Origin: Planctomicrobium piriforme | Lineage (GTDB): Bacteria; Planctomycetota; Planctomycetia; Planctomycetales; Planctomycetaceae | Direction: 5' to 3' | Assembly: GCA_945861445.1 (NCBI GenBank) | Contig: CAMAVF010000001.1 | Span: 4,174-68,173, forward strand | DNA: 64,000 nt | Shown: one piece after another, positions 37,130 to 47,280 of the stretch | Numbering within the stretch: position 1 is the stretch's first letter | Layout of the letters: every line of letters starts with the position of its first letter | The notes under the pieces: generated by a model | Seen by the model: only the letters and a program-made list of their open reading frames with translations | What the model was told of the DNA's origin: nothing | Databases searched by the model: none | Translations under genes and position numbers: made by a program

Positions 37130-37948
37130 CTACAACGCAGGCTTCTGCATCAACAGGACAAACTCATGCACCTTGTTGACTCGGAAAACTGACGGATACC
37201 CCAGTGGCCGCAGATTGTTGTACTCGGACTGGCGATTCCAGATGATCAGGTCATCGTACTTGTAGCCAATCTGTTGCAATCGAGTCGCCAGATCGCTGTG
37301 AAACGGGAAGAATTGATCCCGCTTGCGGAGATCCATCACCACTACGCAACAATAGGCCCGTGGTTTCAGCGTGATCAAGACTTGCTGAAAGACCGTGGCC
37401 AGGGCCTCCAGGAAGACTTCGTAATCATCGATCGTTCCCAGGTCGTCGGGCAGATTTCCATAGTGCCGGACCGACTTCAAGTCAGCCGTTCGTCTCTGAT
37501 TGAGAATATTCCAATAGGGCGGCGACGTAATACACAGATCGACCGAATCGGGCTGGGCATAACGGGTTACCTCAGTCGCTGGACTCTGGTGAATTTGACT
37601 CCCCGCTGTCGAACTGATTTCAGCCAGCCGTGCCCGTCCCAATTGGACATACTCAGGGGCGAGTTCCAGCCCAATCCCCTGCAATCCCAGGCGTGCCGCG
37701 GTGCAGACAGTGCTGCCAGACCCGCTGAAGGGATCCAAAACGACCAAACCATCCGGCGGCAGAAAAGAATCAATCAGCCGCTCGACAAGCTGCCCCGGAA
37801 ACATCGCCGGGTGCTTGAACTTCAATTCCTCGGGCGATTTCCGGATGTCCCCCCACACGCTGATGGAATTCTGAATCCAGCGTTTTCCATCCAGCCGGTT
37901 GGCTTTACGGCGGGATGGTTTCTCAGGGATATCCGCAGAAGTCTCCAT
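37130..37948 (-). CDS. N4/N6 DNA methyltransferase with permuted motif order (motif I before SPPY)
   Basis: KHPAMFPGQLVERLI and VLDPFSGSGST (motifs X and I) are followed ~70 aa later by DLCITSPPYW (motif IV). The start was trimmed to the ATG at 37948, because the longer ORF runs through repeat D3. Confidence 0.8.
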   Translation of the reverse strand: METSADIPEKPSRRKANRLDGKRWIQNSISVWGDIRKSPEELKFKHPAMFPGQLVERLIDSFLPPDGLVVLDPFSGSGSTVCTAARLGLQGIGLELAPEYVQLGRARLAEISSTAGSQIHQSPATEVTRYAQPDSVDLCITSPPYWNILNQRRTADLKSVRHYGNLPDDLGTIDDYEVFLEALATVFQQVLITLKPRAYCCVVVMDLRKRDQFFPFHSDLATRLQQIGYKYDDLIIWNRQSEYNNLRPLGYPSVFRVNKVHEFVLLMQKPAL

Positions 37949-37963
37949 AGCAGCCAGCTTCGT

Positions 37964-38035
37964 GTCCCTTAGGTCCTTTAAGTCCCTTTCGTCCTTCTTC
38001 CCGCGATCCGAAAGGACTGAAAGGACCTCAGGGAC
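37964..38035. repeat. Family D array, copy D3
   Basis: The sequence is GTCCCTTAGGTCCTTTAAGTCCCTTTCGTCCTTC..GAAAGGACTGAAAGGACCTCAGGGAC. Confidence 0.85.
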
Positions 38036-38103
38036 CATTCCCCACCATCGCGCAATAAAAAACGGAAGTCCAACCTAGTGTTGAACTTCCGTCATTCTTA
38101 AAG

Positions 38104-38176
38104 AGGAGCCGGTCGGATTTGAACCGACGATGGCGGATTTGCAATCCACTGCCTTAGGCCTCTTGGCGACGGCTCC
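38104..38176 (-). tRNA. tRNA-Cys (anticodon GCA)
   Basis: The minus-strand sequence folds as a cloverleaf. The acceptor stem is GGAGCCG/CGGCTCC. The anticodon stem GTGGA/TCCGC carries the loop TTGCAAA. The T arm is GTCGG-TTCAAAT-CCGAC. The discriminator is U, and CCA is not encoded. Confidence 0.9.
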
Positions 38177-38424
38177 CTGGTGCGGTAATTCTCTTGGAAC
38201 AATCGTCCCGATTAGCCTCAATCATCGGATTATTACGGCCGCGCACTTGAGAACGATTCTCGCGAAGACACAGGCTGTCGGACGACGAAAGTGATCCTAG
38301 GTGACCTGTCCGATTGCGTCAAGTCTTTTGATTGGGAAAGGAAAATGTGGTCTTGGCAGTTGAACCGTCACGGGACACACTACGTGGGAATTCTGACGCC
38401 AGCAATCCCACGGATTCACTCGCC

Positions 38425-40146
38425 ATGCTGTTCCGACTCGTTGTCACGGTAGTTTTGATCGCCCAACTCGCCGGTCCCGGCCGTGCCGCTGACGGGGTCT
38501 TCTATTCGCGCGGAGTCGTTGCCGCCGACCATCCTCTCGCCAGCCGGGCAGGGGTCGAGATCCTCGAACAAGGGGGTAACGTGGTCGACGCCGCGGTCGC
38601 GACCGGGTTCGCGCTGTCGGTGCTGCGACCGGCCAGCAGTGGGATCGGTGGTGGTGGATTCATGTTAATCTGGAATCGCGAACTGCAACGGGCGATCTGT
38701 ATCGATTACCGGGAGCGAGCCCCTTCCAAAGCGACCCATGACACCTATGCCGATCCGCAGTCCCCGCAATCGCAAATCCCCGAATTGAGCTACCACGGAG
38801 CCTTGGCCATTGCCGTCCCGGGACATGTCGCAGGCTTGTGTTATGCACACGAAAAGTATGGAAAACTGCGTCTGGAACGGGTTCTCGCCCCGGCCATCCG
38901 CCTGGCCACCGAGGGTTTTCCAGCCGATCCGCAGGACCTGGAAGTTCAAGCCGAAGTCCTCAAGGAAATGGATGAACGGCCGGGGCTGCGGGAACGCTAT
39001 CGCGTGCTGATCGACCGCTATCTGCAACGCGGCCGGGCGCTGAATCTGGGGGACAAAATCGTTTCGCCGCAGGCCGACGTTCTGCAGATGATCTCACGCA
39101 ACGGAGCCAAAGCCTTTTATCAGGGTGATGTCGCTCGCGCGATTGTGGCCGCCGCAGAAACGAACGGCAAGAAGTGGCTTAGCCTGGAAGATTTGGCTGC
39201 CTATCAGCCCACTGAACGCAAAGCGTTGAGTGGGCGCTTTGACGGGTACGACTTGATCACCATGCCCCCTCCGTCGAGTGGCGGGATCGCCTTGATTGAA
39301 GCGCTCAATATGCTGCAGGCGATCGAACACAATCACTCGGGGTTACGAATCGCTACGAACACCCGGCAGGCCCCCGCGACACTGCACGTCCTGACTGAAG
39401 TCCTCAAGCACGCGTTCGCCGATCGGGCCGAGTTCCTGGGTGATCCCGATTACGTTCCCGTTCCTGTCGATCGTCTGACGAGTCCCGAATACGCGAAAAC
39501 GCTGGCGAAACGGGTCAAACTGGATCTCACCCAGCCCCCTGAAGCCTACGGCCGCTACATGCCGTCGAAGGACGCGGGGACGACCCATTTTTCGATCATG
39601 GATGCTCAGGGGAATGCCGTCGCTTGTACGGAAACGGTGAACACGACATTCGGAAGCTGGGTTGTCGAACCAAAGTTCGGGATCGTACTGAATAACGAAA
39701 TGGACGATTTCGCCGCCGTGCCGGGGACCGCCAACGCGTTTGGACTGATTCAGGGCGAAGCCAATGCGGTCGCGGCCGGCAAGCGTCCCTTATCGAGCAT
39801 GACGCCGACCATCGTGATCCGCGACGGGAAAGCGGTTCACGCATTGGGAGCCAGTGGCGGCCCGAAAATCATCAGTGCGACGCTACAAGTGTTGTTGAAT
39901 CTGACTCGGTATGGGATGCCCCCGAGCACCGCCGTACCGGCTCCGCGACTGCATCATCAATGGATGCCCGACACGCTGCTGCTCGAAACGCCCCTGTTCA
40001 ATGCTTGGGCACCGCATTTGAAGCAGCGAGGTCATCAAGTCAAACAAGCAGGAGAATCAGCAGTCGTGCAGGCCGTGTCGCGGTTGCCGGAAGGATTGCA
40101 GGGGACGAGCGACCCCAGGAAAAACGGACGAGCTGCGGGCTTTTAA
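38425..40146 (+). CDS. ggt: Gamma-glutamyltransferase
   Basis: The signal peptide is MLFRLVVTVVLIAQLAGPGRA. GGNVVDAAVA, the autoprocessing nucleophile block DAGTTHFSIMD and SSMTPTIV are all present. Confidence 0.9.
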   Translation: MLFRLVVTVVLIAQLAGPGRAADGVFYSRGVVAADHPLASRAGVEILEQGGNVVDAAVATGFALSVLRPASSGIGGGGFMLIWNRELQRAICIDYRERAPSKATHDTYADPQSPQSQIPELSYHGALAIAVPGHVAGLCYAHEKYGKLRLERVLAPAIRLATEGFPADPQDLEVQAEVLKEMDERPGLRERYRVLIDRYLQRGRALNLGDKIVSPQADVLQMISRNGAKAFYQGDVARAIVAAAETNGKKWLSLEDLAAYQPTERKALSGRFDGYDLITMPPPSSGGIALIEALNMLQAIEHNHSGLRIATNTRQAPATLHVLTEVLKHAFADRAEFLGDPDYVPVPVDRLTSPEYAKTLAKRVKLDLTQPPEAYGRYMPSKDAGTTHFSIMDAQGNAVACTETVNTTFGSWVVEPKFGIVLNNEMDDFAAVPGTANAFGLIQGEANAVAAGKRPLSSMTPTIVIRDGKAVHALGASGGPKIISATLQVLLNLTRYGMPPSTAVPAPRLHHQWMPDTLLLETPLFNAWAPHLKQRGHQVKQAGESAVVQAVSRLPEGLQGTSDPRKNGRAAGF

Positions 40147-40153
40147 CCGGCAG

Positions 40154-40248
40154 GGGGTCGGGCGTTCAAATTTCAAAATTGGTCTCCGGTCAGGGGTGGA
40201 TCCACCGATTGTCAGCAGGCCAATTTTGAAATTTGCACACCCGACCCC
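40154..40248. repeat. Family A palindromic element, divergent copy A4
   Basis: The sequence is GGGGTCGGGCGTTCAAATTTCAAAATTGG..GGCCAATTTTGAAATTTGCACACCCGACCCC. Confidence 0.8.
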
Positions 40249-40409
40249 AGTACAGCAGAGTTCGCGTTTCGTGAAGACGTTGCCGAGCAGCTACGTTGCC
40301 CCAGACGCGCGTAGCGCCCTTCCCAAGCCGAACCTTCTTGCCCGTCGGGGATCCAAAGGATATTGTGAGAGGCCGCGCCGTGTGATTCTTTGGATTTCGG
40401 ACCTGACGC

Positions 40410-41894
40410 ATGCCTTACTTTCCCGATTTTGATGCCTTTTGTCAGTTGGCCAAGCAAGGCAATCTCGTTCCCGTGTACCGCCAGTTGCTTAGCGATACGC
40501 TGACCCCGGTTTCGGCTTATTGCCAGATCCAGCGGGGGGCGTCTTCGTTCTTGTTCGAAAGCGTCGTCGGCGGCGAACGGATCGGGCGGTACAGTTTTCT
40601 GGGGGCCGATCCCTATCTGCAGATGGAAGCGTATGGCAGTCGCCTCGTGGTGACCGATGCCAACGGGAAGACCGAACGCGAATGTCCCGATCCGTTGATC
40701 GAATTGCAGCGGATGCTCGATCAATATCGCGGAGTCCAGGTGCCGGGGTTGCCTCGATTTTGCGGCGGAGCAGTCGGGTATGCGGGCTACGATGTCATCC
40801 GCTATACCGAACACCTGCCGAATGCTCCGTTGGACGATCGGCAGTTGCCGGATCTGTCGTTTGCGTTCTACAACCAGATGGTAATCTTCGATCAGATCCG
40901 CAAGACGATCCTGGTCATCGCTCAAGCGTCGACTCAGACTGACAATTTGCGGGCGGAATACGACAAGGCTTGCGGGCAGGTGGATGATATTTGCAGGCAG
41001 TTGCAACGGGGCTCGTCGGATTTGCAACTGACCGATATCGCGGTGACGACCGAGGTGACGAAACCCTTCAAATCCAACTTTACGCAGGCAGAATTTGAAG
41101 CGGCGGTGGAGAGTTGCAAGGAATACATACGCGCTGGCGACATTTTTCAAGTCGTCATCAGCCAGCGTCTGCAGCGTGAATCACACGCGCGGCCGCTGGA
41201 CATCTACCGGGCGTTGCGCGTGGTGAATCCCAGTCCGTTCATGTTCTTCCTGCGGACTCCGCGAGTCCATCTGATTGGCAGTTCGCCCGAGATCATGGTG
41301 CGCGTGGAAGATGGTCATACCACCATTCGCCCGTTGGCAGGAACTCGAAAACGAGGCAAGACAGAAGCGGAAGACAAACAGCTAGCGGCCGAATTGCTGG
41401 CCGATCCGAAAGAACGTGCCGAGCACGTCATGCTGGTCGATCTGGCTCGCAACGACGTCGGCCGTGTCGCTGAATATGGCAGTGTCGAACTGAGCGACGT
41501 GATGCAGGTAGAACTGTATAGCCACGTCATGCACATCACGTCCAACGTGACGGGACAACTGGCACCGGGTAAGACGGCCCTGGACGCACTGCGTGCAGGC
41601 TTGCCCGCGGGGACGGTGTCAGGCGCTCCGAAAGTGCGAGCCATGCAGATCATTGATGAACTCGAACGACACCGCCGCGGACCGTATGCGGGGGCGGTGG
41701 GGTATCTGGATTACACCGGCAACATGGATACGTGCATCGCATTGCGCACGCTGGTGATGCAGGGCCAGACGGTGTCAGTGCAAGCGGGGGCCGGGATCGT
41801 GGCCGACAGCGACCCGACTTCAGAGTACCAGGAAACGCTCAGCAAGGCCCAGGGGTTGTTGAAGGCCATTGAAGTCGCCGAACAACAGTTGTAG
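40410..41894 (+). CDS. trpE: Anthranilate synthase component I
   Basis: [18 protein letters not shown], the chorismate-binding domain block [19 protein letters not shown] and GPYAGAVGY are all present. Confidence 0.9.
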   Translation: MPYFPDFDAFCQLAKQGNLVPVYRQLLSDTLTPVSAYCQIQRGASSFLFESVVGGERIGRYSFLGADPYLQMEAYGSRLVVTDANGKTERECPDPLIELQRMLDQYRGVQVPGLPRFCGGAVGYAGYDVIRYTEHLPNAPLDDRQLPDLSFAFYNQMVIFDQIRKTILVIAQASTQTDNLRAEYDKACGQVDDICRQLQRGSSDLQLTDIAVTTEVTKPFKSNFTQAEFEAAVESCKEYIRAGDIFQVVISQRLQRESHARPLDIYRALRVVNPSPFMFFLRTPRVHLIGSSPEIMVRVEDGHTTIRPLAGTRKRGKTEAEDKQLAAELLADPKERAEHVMLVDLARNDVGRVAEYGSVELSDVMQVELYSHVMHITSNVTGQLAPGKTALDALRAGLPAGTVSGAPKVRAMQIIDELERHRRGPYAGAVGYLDYTGNMDTCIALRTLVMQGQTVSVQAGAGIVADSDPTSEYQETLSKAQGLLKAIEVAEQQL

Positions 41895-41906
41895 GACAAC
41901 ACTGAC

Positions 41907-41949
41907 AGTCCCATGATTCCCATTCAGAATTCATGGGACTTATGGGATT
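41907..41949. repeat. Family C array, copy C5
   Basis: The sequence is AGTCCCATGATTCCCATTCAGAATTCATGGGACTTATGGGATT. Confidence 0.85.
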
Positions 41950-41953
41950 GGCG

Positions 41954-42895
41954 CTACGGGGAATTGCGGCGTTTTATCCAGGCTGCGAATTGGCGTTCGA
42001 CTTGGGTGGGGTTTTTGGCACCCAGGACGCGGCACAGTGTTCCTACCCCTTCGCGGTCTGATGGCCAGCGGGTTTGCAATTCCTGATAGTATTTTTGCAG
42101 GACCTGGCGATCCTGCAGGTACAGGCAGATCGATCGGGCCATCGCATAGTTCAGACCCACATCACCACTGCGAAACAGGCTGGAGTCGGTCAAAACTTCC
42201 AGTGTCGGAAGTCGGCCGGATTGTGCTGCTTGCCTGATCAGTTTGCAGCGCCAGTTGGGTAACCCGATCAATCCCTGGCCGTTTCTGGTGTAGGCCGCTT
42301 CCTCATGCAGTGCCCCCAGGCCCTCGTCGAACCATTCGGGCAGATTCTCGCAGTCGGCGTGCGATAACGCATGGGTCAATTCATGGGCCAGCGACCCGTT
42401 TCCCGCTTCCAGATCGAGCAAAATGCGTCGCTTGTCGCGCTGGTAGTAGCCGTGGTATCCCGCTTCCAGATGTCCGTCCCAATCTTTCGCCAATTGCCGG
42501 AACAGGTCTTCCGTCGAGCAAATCACAATCGTAATGGGGTCTTGCGGCGCGGTTTGAAAGTAGGTTTCCCGCAGGGCACGTGCGACCGGGCCGATTACAT
42601 CGGAATGGACTTTTTGGAGCTTCGACGGGGACAGGTCACCGGCAATCAAAAACGGAGCCCGGATGACGATTTCAAAGCCGTCGGGCAAGACCTGTCGTAA
42701 GCGATCCGCCGAGGCTTGGCAGCGGGCCGCCATGTCTTGCGGCACGTCGCGGGCGTGTTCCGCAGGTATTCGGCGAACGGGCGCGGTGGTGACGGCACTG
42801 ACGGCGGCCGACGAGGTCGGTGCGGCCACCCAGTATGCGACCGTAATGATCGCAAACGGTCCAACCGTCAAAGTCAGCAAACGCATTAAACTCAA
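41954..42895 (-). CDS. DUF1570-like putative zinc metallopeptidase
   Basis: It has an N-terminal signal or anchor. The HExxH block is AHELTHALSH, followed by PEWFDEGLGALHEE. Confidence 0.65.
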   Translation of the reverse strand: MSLMRLLTLTVGPFAIITVAYWVAAPTSSAAVSAVTTAPVRRIPAEHARDVPQDMAARCQASADRLRQVLPDGFEIVIRAPFLIAGDLSPSKLQKVHSDVIGPVARALRETYFQTAPQDPITIVICSTEDLFRQLAKDWDGHLEAGYHGYYQRDKRRILLDLEAGNGSLAHELTHALSHADCENLPEWFDEGLGALHEEAAYTRNGQGLIGLPNWRCKLIRQAAQSGRLPTLEVLTDSSLFRSGDVGLNYAMARSICLYLQDRQVLQKYYQELQTRWPSDREGVGTLCRVLGAKNPTQVERQFAAWIKRRNSP

Positions 42896-43304
42896 GGCAG
42901 CGACACCACCGCATGGAGCCTCTGAGACCGATTTTCGGTCGTCAGTAACGTCTCAAGTCTACGCCGTGTATAATGGATTCGCTCTGTGACCTTGAGAGAA
43001 TCTGCTCGTTTCCGCAGCCTGAGCCCGGGTTCGGGTGTTGTGGCCGTTGCGGTCCCTACAGCTTTTCAGGGTCGCAGCAACTGTTAGCACCTTAAGGTCC
43101 GCCTGCTCGGCAAGCTGTGCTTCAGCGTTGCGAGCGGTTCAAGTCCCCGATTCCGTCAGACGAACTTGTTTCAGTGAGGCGCTCGCTGGAGCCCACGACA
43201 AGTTCATTGCGGAGAACGGGATGCGGAACGATTTATTTTTTTCCATTCAAACGACGGTTCCTCGAGTCCCCTGGCGGACCGGCCCCCGCGGGCCGCGACG
43301 CAAG

Positions 43305-45221
43305 ATGTTCCTGGAATCCGAACTTCAATCAATGCGGTGTGGCATGCACTCGGAAATGTATCAACAACTGGGTGCTCATCCCGACATCGTGGACGGCCAG
43401 GCCGGAGTTCGCTTTGCAGTCTGGGCGCCCAATGCCCGGGAAGTTTCCATCCTCTGTGATGAAACGCACTGGACCCACGGCCGCTTCTGGATGAATTCCT
43501 CCAACGACGGCATCTGGACCGTCTTCATGCCCGGGATGAAATCCGGGATGGCTTACAAATTCGGGCTGGTCAACGCCCACGGGCAATTCACCGAAAAGTC
43601 CGACCCGTATGCGTTCTACTGGGAGATGCGCCCCAAGTCGGCGTCGATTGTTTACGATCTCGAGCAATACAAGTGGAACGACAGCGGCTGGATGGACTAT
43701 CGCCGCAAGGTCAACTGGCACGACAAGCCGATTTCGATCTACGAAATTCACCTGGGTTCGTGGCGCCGCCCGCATGACGGGCGTCTGTTCTTCAACTACC
43801 GCGAACTGGCCGAGCAACTGGTCGAATATTGCCAAGAGATGGGCTATACCCATCTGCAATTGATGCCGATTACCGAGCATCCGTTTGATGGCTCGTGGGG
43901 CTATCAAACTGTCGGCTACTTTGCACCCACCAGCCGGTTCGGCACGCCGGACGATTTTCGATACTTCGTCGACCACTGCCACCAGGCAGGGATCGGTGTA
44001 CTCGTCGACTGGGTGCCGGCCCACTTTCCCGTCGATGCTCACGGCTTGGCGTCGTTCGATGGGACGTGCCTCTACGAACACGCCGATCCGCGGCAAGGGT
44101 CGCATCCTGACTGGGGGACGCTCGTCTTCAACTTTGGACGGAATGAAGTCCGCAATTTCCTCCTGTCCAGTGCCCGCTTCTGGCTCGACAAGTATCACAT
44201 CGACGGTCTGCGCGTCGACGCGGTCGCTTCGATGTTGTACCTGGACTATTCCCGCAAAGAGGGGGAATGGGTCCCGAATCAATTTGGCGGGCGCGAGAAT
44301 CTGGAAGCCGAGCAATTCCTGAAAGATATGAACGTCATGGTGCATGGGGCCTTCCCCGGCATCCTGACGATTGCCGAAGAATCGACCGCGTGGGGCGGGG
44401 TGTCACAGCCGGTCTACAACGGGGGACTCGGCTTCAGCATGAAGTGGGACATGGGCTGGATGAACGACACGCTGCGTTACATCCGCCGCGATCCCATCCA
44501 TCGGGCGCATCATCAGGGCGATCTGTCGTTCCGGATGGTCTATGCCTTCTCCGAGAACTTTGTCCTCGCGCTGTCGCATGATGAAGTCGTGCATGGCAAG
44601 CAATCGTTGCTCTCACAGATGCCGGGCGACCCGTGGCAGAAGTTTGCCAACCTGCGGTTGCTGTTCGGATATCAATACCTGCAGCCGGGCAAGAAGCTGT
44701 TGTTTATGGGCTGCGAACTGGGCCAGTGGCACGAATGGCAGCACGAAGGGGAACTCGACTGGAACCTGCGCGGGCAGCATCTGCACGACGGCCTGCGGCG
44801 ACTGGTGGGCGACCTGAATGCCCTCTATCGGCGTGAACCCTGCCTATACGAACGCGATTTTTCACCCGAGGGTTTCCAATGGCTGCAGTGTGACGACTCG
44901 CAGAACAGCGTGTTTGCGTTCGTCCGGCATGGAAAACAAGCGGGCGACATGATCATCTGTGCGATGAATTTCACCCCGATCCCGCGGCCCAATTACCGCA
45001 TCGGCGTACCGGCTGCTGGGTACTACGGAGAGATCCTGAACTCAGACGCCGGCATTTACGGCGGTGCCAACCTGGGGAATCTCGGCGGCACGCACAGCGA
45101 GCCACTGCCCATGCATGGCTGTCCGCAGAGTATTTCGATTCAACTGCCGCCACTGGCGATGGTGTTGTTTAAACCGATGCGCCCGAAGCCAGCGGAGACC
45201 GGGCGGATCGGCAAGTCGTAG
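43305..45221 (+). CDS. glgB: 1,4-alpha-glucan branching enzyme
   Basis: [47 protein letters not shown] and [12 protein letters not shown] are all present. I prefer the ATG at 43305. The 90-aa extension from the GTG at 43035 does not look like protein. Confidence 0.9.
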   Translation: MFLESELQSMRCGMHSEMYQQLGAHPDIVDGQAGVRFAVWAPNAREVSILCDETHWTHGRFWMNSSNDGIWTVFMPGMKSGMAYKFGLVNAHGQFTEKSDPYAFYWEMRPKSASIVYDLEQYKWNDSGWMDYRRKVNWHDKPISIYEIHLGSWRRPHDGRLFFNYRELAEQLVEYCQEMGYTHLQLMPITEHPFDGSWGYQTVGYFAPTSRFGTPDDFRYFVDHCHQAGIGVLVDWVPAHFPVDAHGLASFDGTCLYEHADPRQGSHPDWGTLVFNFGRNEVRNFLLSSARFWLDKYHIDGLRVDAVASMLYLDYSRKEGEWVPNQFGGRENLEAEQFLKDMNVMVHGAFPGILTIAEESTAWGGVSQPVYNGGLGFSMKWDMGWMNDTLRYIRRDPIHRAHHQGDLSFRMVYAFSENFVLALSHDEVVHGKQSLLSQMPGDPWQKFANLRLLFGYQYLQPGKKLLFMGCELGQWHEWQHEGELDWNLRGQHLHDGLRRLVGDLNALYRREPCLYERDFSPEGFQWLQCDDSQNSVFAFVRHGKQAGDMIICAMNFTPIPRPNYRIGVPAAGYYGEILNSDAGIYGGANLGNLGGTHSEPLPMHGCPQSISIQLPPLAMVLFKPMRPKPAETGRIGKS

Positions 45222-45296
45222 CGAGACTCTCTAACGGGATGGGGCTCACCTGCCTATATTCTTTTGCAGACTCACTTCGCTTAATGAGTTATGATT

Positions 45297-45423
45297 GATC
45301 CACAGATGACGCAGATGACACAGATTAATTGCAACAGAAGTAGCCGGGTGAAGTCTGCGTGACTTTGGGATCAGACTGTGTTGATTCGAAATAATCTGAA
45401 TTTATCTGCGTCATCTGTGGATC
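45297..45423. repeat. Family E inverted-repeat element, copy E2
   Basis: The left arm is GATCCACAGATGACGCAGATGACACAGAT. The right arm, ATCTGCGTCATCTGTGGATC, ends at 45423. Confidence 0.85.
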
Positions 45424-45537
45424 AATCCCTCCGATCTCTTTCACGTAGGTCTTCAGAATAAACAGTGCAGGTAAGCCCAGTGCCGTAAGGTCTGGGTTTC
45501 CTCGTGCATTCCGTGATTCCGATTGTGGTCTCCTGCA

Positions 45538-46680
45538 ATGTCTCGGCGTTCTCAGACATCCGTTGTTTTGCACCGCATTCGCGGGTTTACTCTGATCGAG
45601 TTACTCGCGGTCCTGGGCATTCTGTCGGTCCTGATTGCGCTCCTCATGCCCGCGGTTCAGCAAGCTCGGGAAGGAGCGCGGAGAGCGCAGTGCCTGCACC
45701 AGCTCAAGCAACTGGGCATTGCGCTGCAGGCTTACGAGACCACTTATCAACTCTATCCGCCGAGCATCATCCGGCAAGAAGATGGGAATCCACGACCGCC
45801 GTCCATTCCGTTTGCCGCTTTGAGATATCGCGGCCATTGGACAGGGTTTCATCTGTTGTTGCCGAATCTGGACCAGAAGAATCTGCACGACAAGTACAAC
45901 TTCAACGGCACCTGGCTGTCGCCGCTGACGGATGCGAACGATCATTCCTGCTGGCCTGCGAATCAAACCACGATCTCGACCTTGATCTGTCCGAGTGCCG
46001 TGCATTCGGTCCTGCAGATTGGCGGGGATGCCGCGGGAGTTGGCGTGCATTGGATGGCAGGAGCTCCGTCCGATTATGCGTTCAATCACGGCATCGACAT
46101 CATCCGAGCCCTCCCTGGCGATGATGCTGGCTGCACGACCGGGATTCTGGACTATTGGCGGCAGGCCCCCGAGGTCATTCGCGGACCGTTCGGTTACAAC
46201 AGCGACTGCCGGCCGCAGAACGTGAAGGATGGGCTGTCCCACACGATCATGCTGGGTGAAAAGGTGGGAGGCCGACTCAATTACGGCGGGTGGAATGCCA
46301 ACTTTCCGCACTTGGGTGTCGAATTCCCCTGGGCGATGGCAGCCATCGAGTATTTTGCTCCCACCGGCGATGTGGGAGTGTCCAACTCGGCCTGGGTCGT
46401 CGGCCCGTTTGCGGTGACGCACGACTTTCGCCTGCCGCTCTGCCCCGAATCGACGCCCGGTTCCGGCAACCCGTTCCCGATGAATCCCACTCCCCGCGAG
46501 TTACCGCAGTCCAGCGACGAGCGACCGTTCTATTCGTTCCAGTCGATGCACAGCTCGGGAGCCCAGTTCGTGTTTGGCGATGGCTCGGCCAAGTTCCTGA
46601 ATCAATCGATGAATCAGGGGGTGTTCGAAGCGCTGTCGACCATCGCCGGTAGGGAATTCCTGTCCGAGGGGAGCTATTGA
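45538..46680 (+). CDS. DUF1559 protein with prepilin-type N-terminal cleavage/methylation domain (H-X9-DG family)
   Basis: RGFTLIELLAVLGILSVLIALLMPAVQQAREGARRAQC is at the N-terminus. The C-terminal HSSGAQFVFGDGSAKFL carries the H-X9-DG motif. Confidence 0.9.
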   Translation: MSRRSQTSVVLHRIRGFTLIELLAVLGILSVLIALLMPAVQQAREGARRAQCLHQLKQLGIALQAYETTYQLYPPSIIRQEDGNPRPPSIPFAALRYRGHWTGFHLLLPNLDQKNLHDKYNFNGTWLSPLTDANDHSCWPANQTTISTLICPSAVHSVLQIGGDAAGVGVHWMAGAPSDYAFNHGIDIIRALPGDDAGCTTGILDYWRQAPEVIRGPFGYNSDCRPQNVKDGLSHTIMLGEKVGGRLNYGGWNANFPHLGVEFPWAMAAIEYFAPTGDVGVSNSAWVVGPFAVTHDFRLPLCPESTPGSGNPFPMNPTPRELPQSSDERPFYSFQSMHSSGAQFVFGDGSAKFLNQSMNQGVFEALSTIAGREFLSEGSY

Positions 46681-47078
46681 TGCTGCCGCGCTGGGCTCTG
46701 TTGTGGACCGCCTGCCTGCTTGCTGGCTGCAGTGGAGTAACCGCCAACGTGGAGCCGGTCGAAGGACTGGTCCTGTTTAACGGCCTGCCAGCCCGAGCGG
46801 CCATCGTTGCCCAGGTGGTCGACGAAAAGGGACAGCCGACGGGACGCCCTTCGACTGCGGACACGCGCCCAGACGGCACTTTTTCCCTGGCCTACAGCGA
46901 GCATCAATCCGGAGCTCTGATCGGTCCGCAACGTGTCACGGTGACCGTCTATCCCGTGGAACGAGCGGCCGACGAACTGAGTTTTCAGGAACGCTTCAAG
47001 GCGACCAAGGTGGTGAAGCTGACCCGCCAAGTCGTGGCGGGTGAGACGAACCGCTGGAACTTCGTGCTGACGTATTGA
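46680..47078 (+). CDS. Small lipoprotein commonly paired with DUF1559 genes (carboxypeptidase-regulatory-like fold likely)
   Basis: Its ATG overlaps the upstream TGA (TGATG). The signal peptide has the lipobox LLAGC. Confidence 0.7.
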   Translation: MLPRWALLWTACLLAGCSGVTANVEPVEGLVLFNGLPARAAIVAQVVDEKGQPTGRPSTADTRPDGTFSLAYSEHQSGALIGPQRVTVTVYPVERAADELSFQERFKATKVVKLTRQVVAGETNRWNFVLTY

Positions 47079-47087
47079 ACCGGGCGA

Positions 47088-47183
47088 GGGTCGGGCCTGC
47101 GATTTTTGGACATTGGCCGGCTCCGGGTAAATAAAAACGACAATCGTAACTCGGCCAATGTCGAAAAATCGCAGGCCCGACCC
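47088..47183. repeat. Family A palindromic element, copy A2
   Basis: The sequence is GGGTCGGGCCTGCGATTTTTGGACATTGGCC..GGCCAATGTCGAAAAATCGCAGGCCCGACCC. Confidence 0.9.
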
Positions 47184-47280
47184 CGGCTCTCAAAACTTCC
47201 GCTATAATTCGGCAACCGATGCCCGAGCATAAACTGGAATCATTCCGAGAAACACTGACGCAGCCAACATCCAGACCTCC

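Noticed and set aside
37949-38038. The ORF track gives longer N-terminal extensions: the methyltransferase to 38038, the FliM-like gene to 34329, the esterase to 7343 and the secretin to 60235.
   Set aside because: The methyltransferase and FliM-like extensions run through intergenic repeat elements (D3 and A1). The esterase and secretin extensions precede clear signal peptides. Internal starts with better SD or signal-peptide context were chosen.
43136-43146. GGTTCAAGTCC resembles a tRNA or tmRNA T-loop.
   Set aside because: The flanking bases (AGCGG / CCCCG) cannot form a T-stem. I could not build an acceptor or anticodon arm around it.
43035-43304. An N-terminal extension of glgB from the GTG at 43035 would give a 728-aa product.
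   Set aside because: The extension has a non-protein-like composition and no similarity to the N-domain of long GlgB forms. Homology starts near 43330. I kept the ATG at 43305, with 43221 as a possible alternative.
45325-45573. An 82-aa minus-strand ORF lies upstream of the DUF1559 gene.
   Set aside because: It lies largely within the family E inverted-repeat element E2 and overlaps the DUF1559 start. No coding signal is present.
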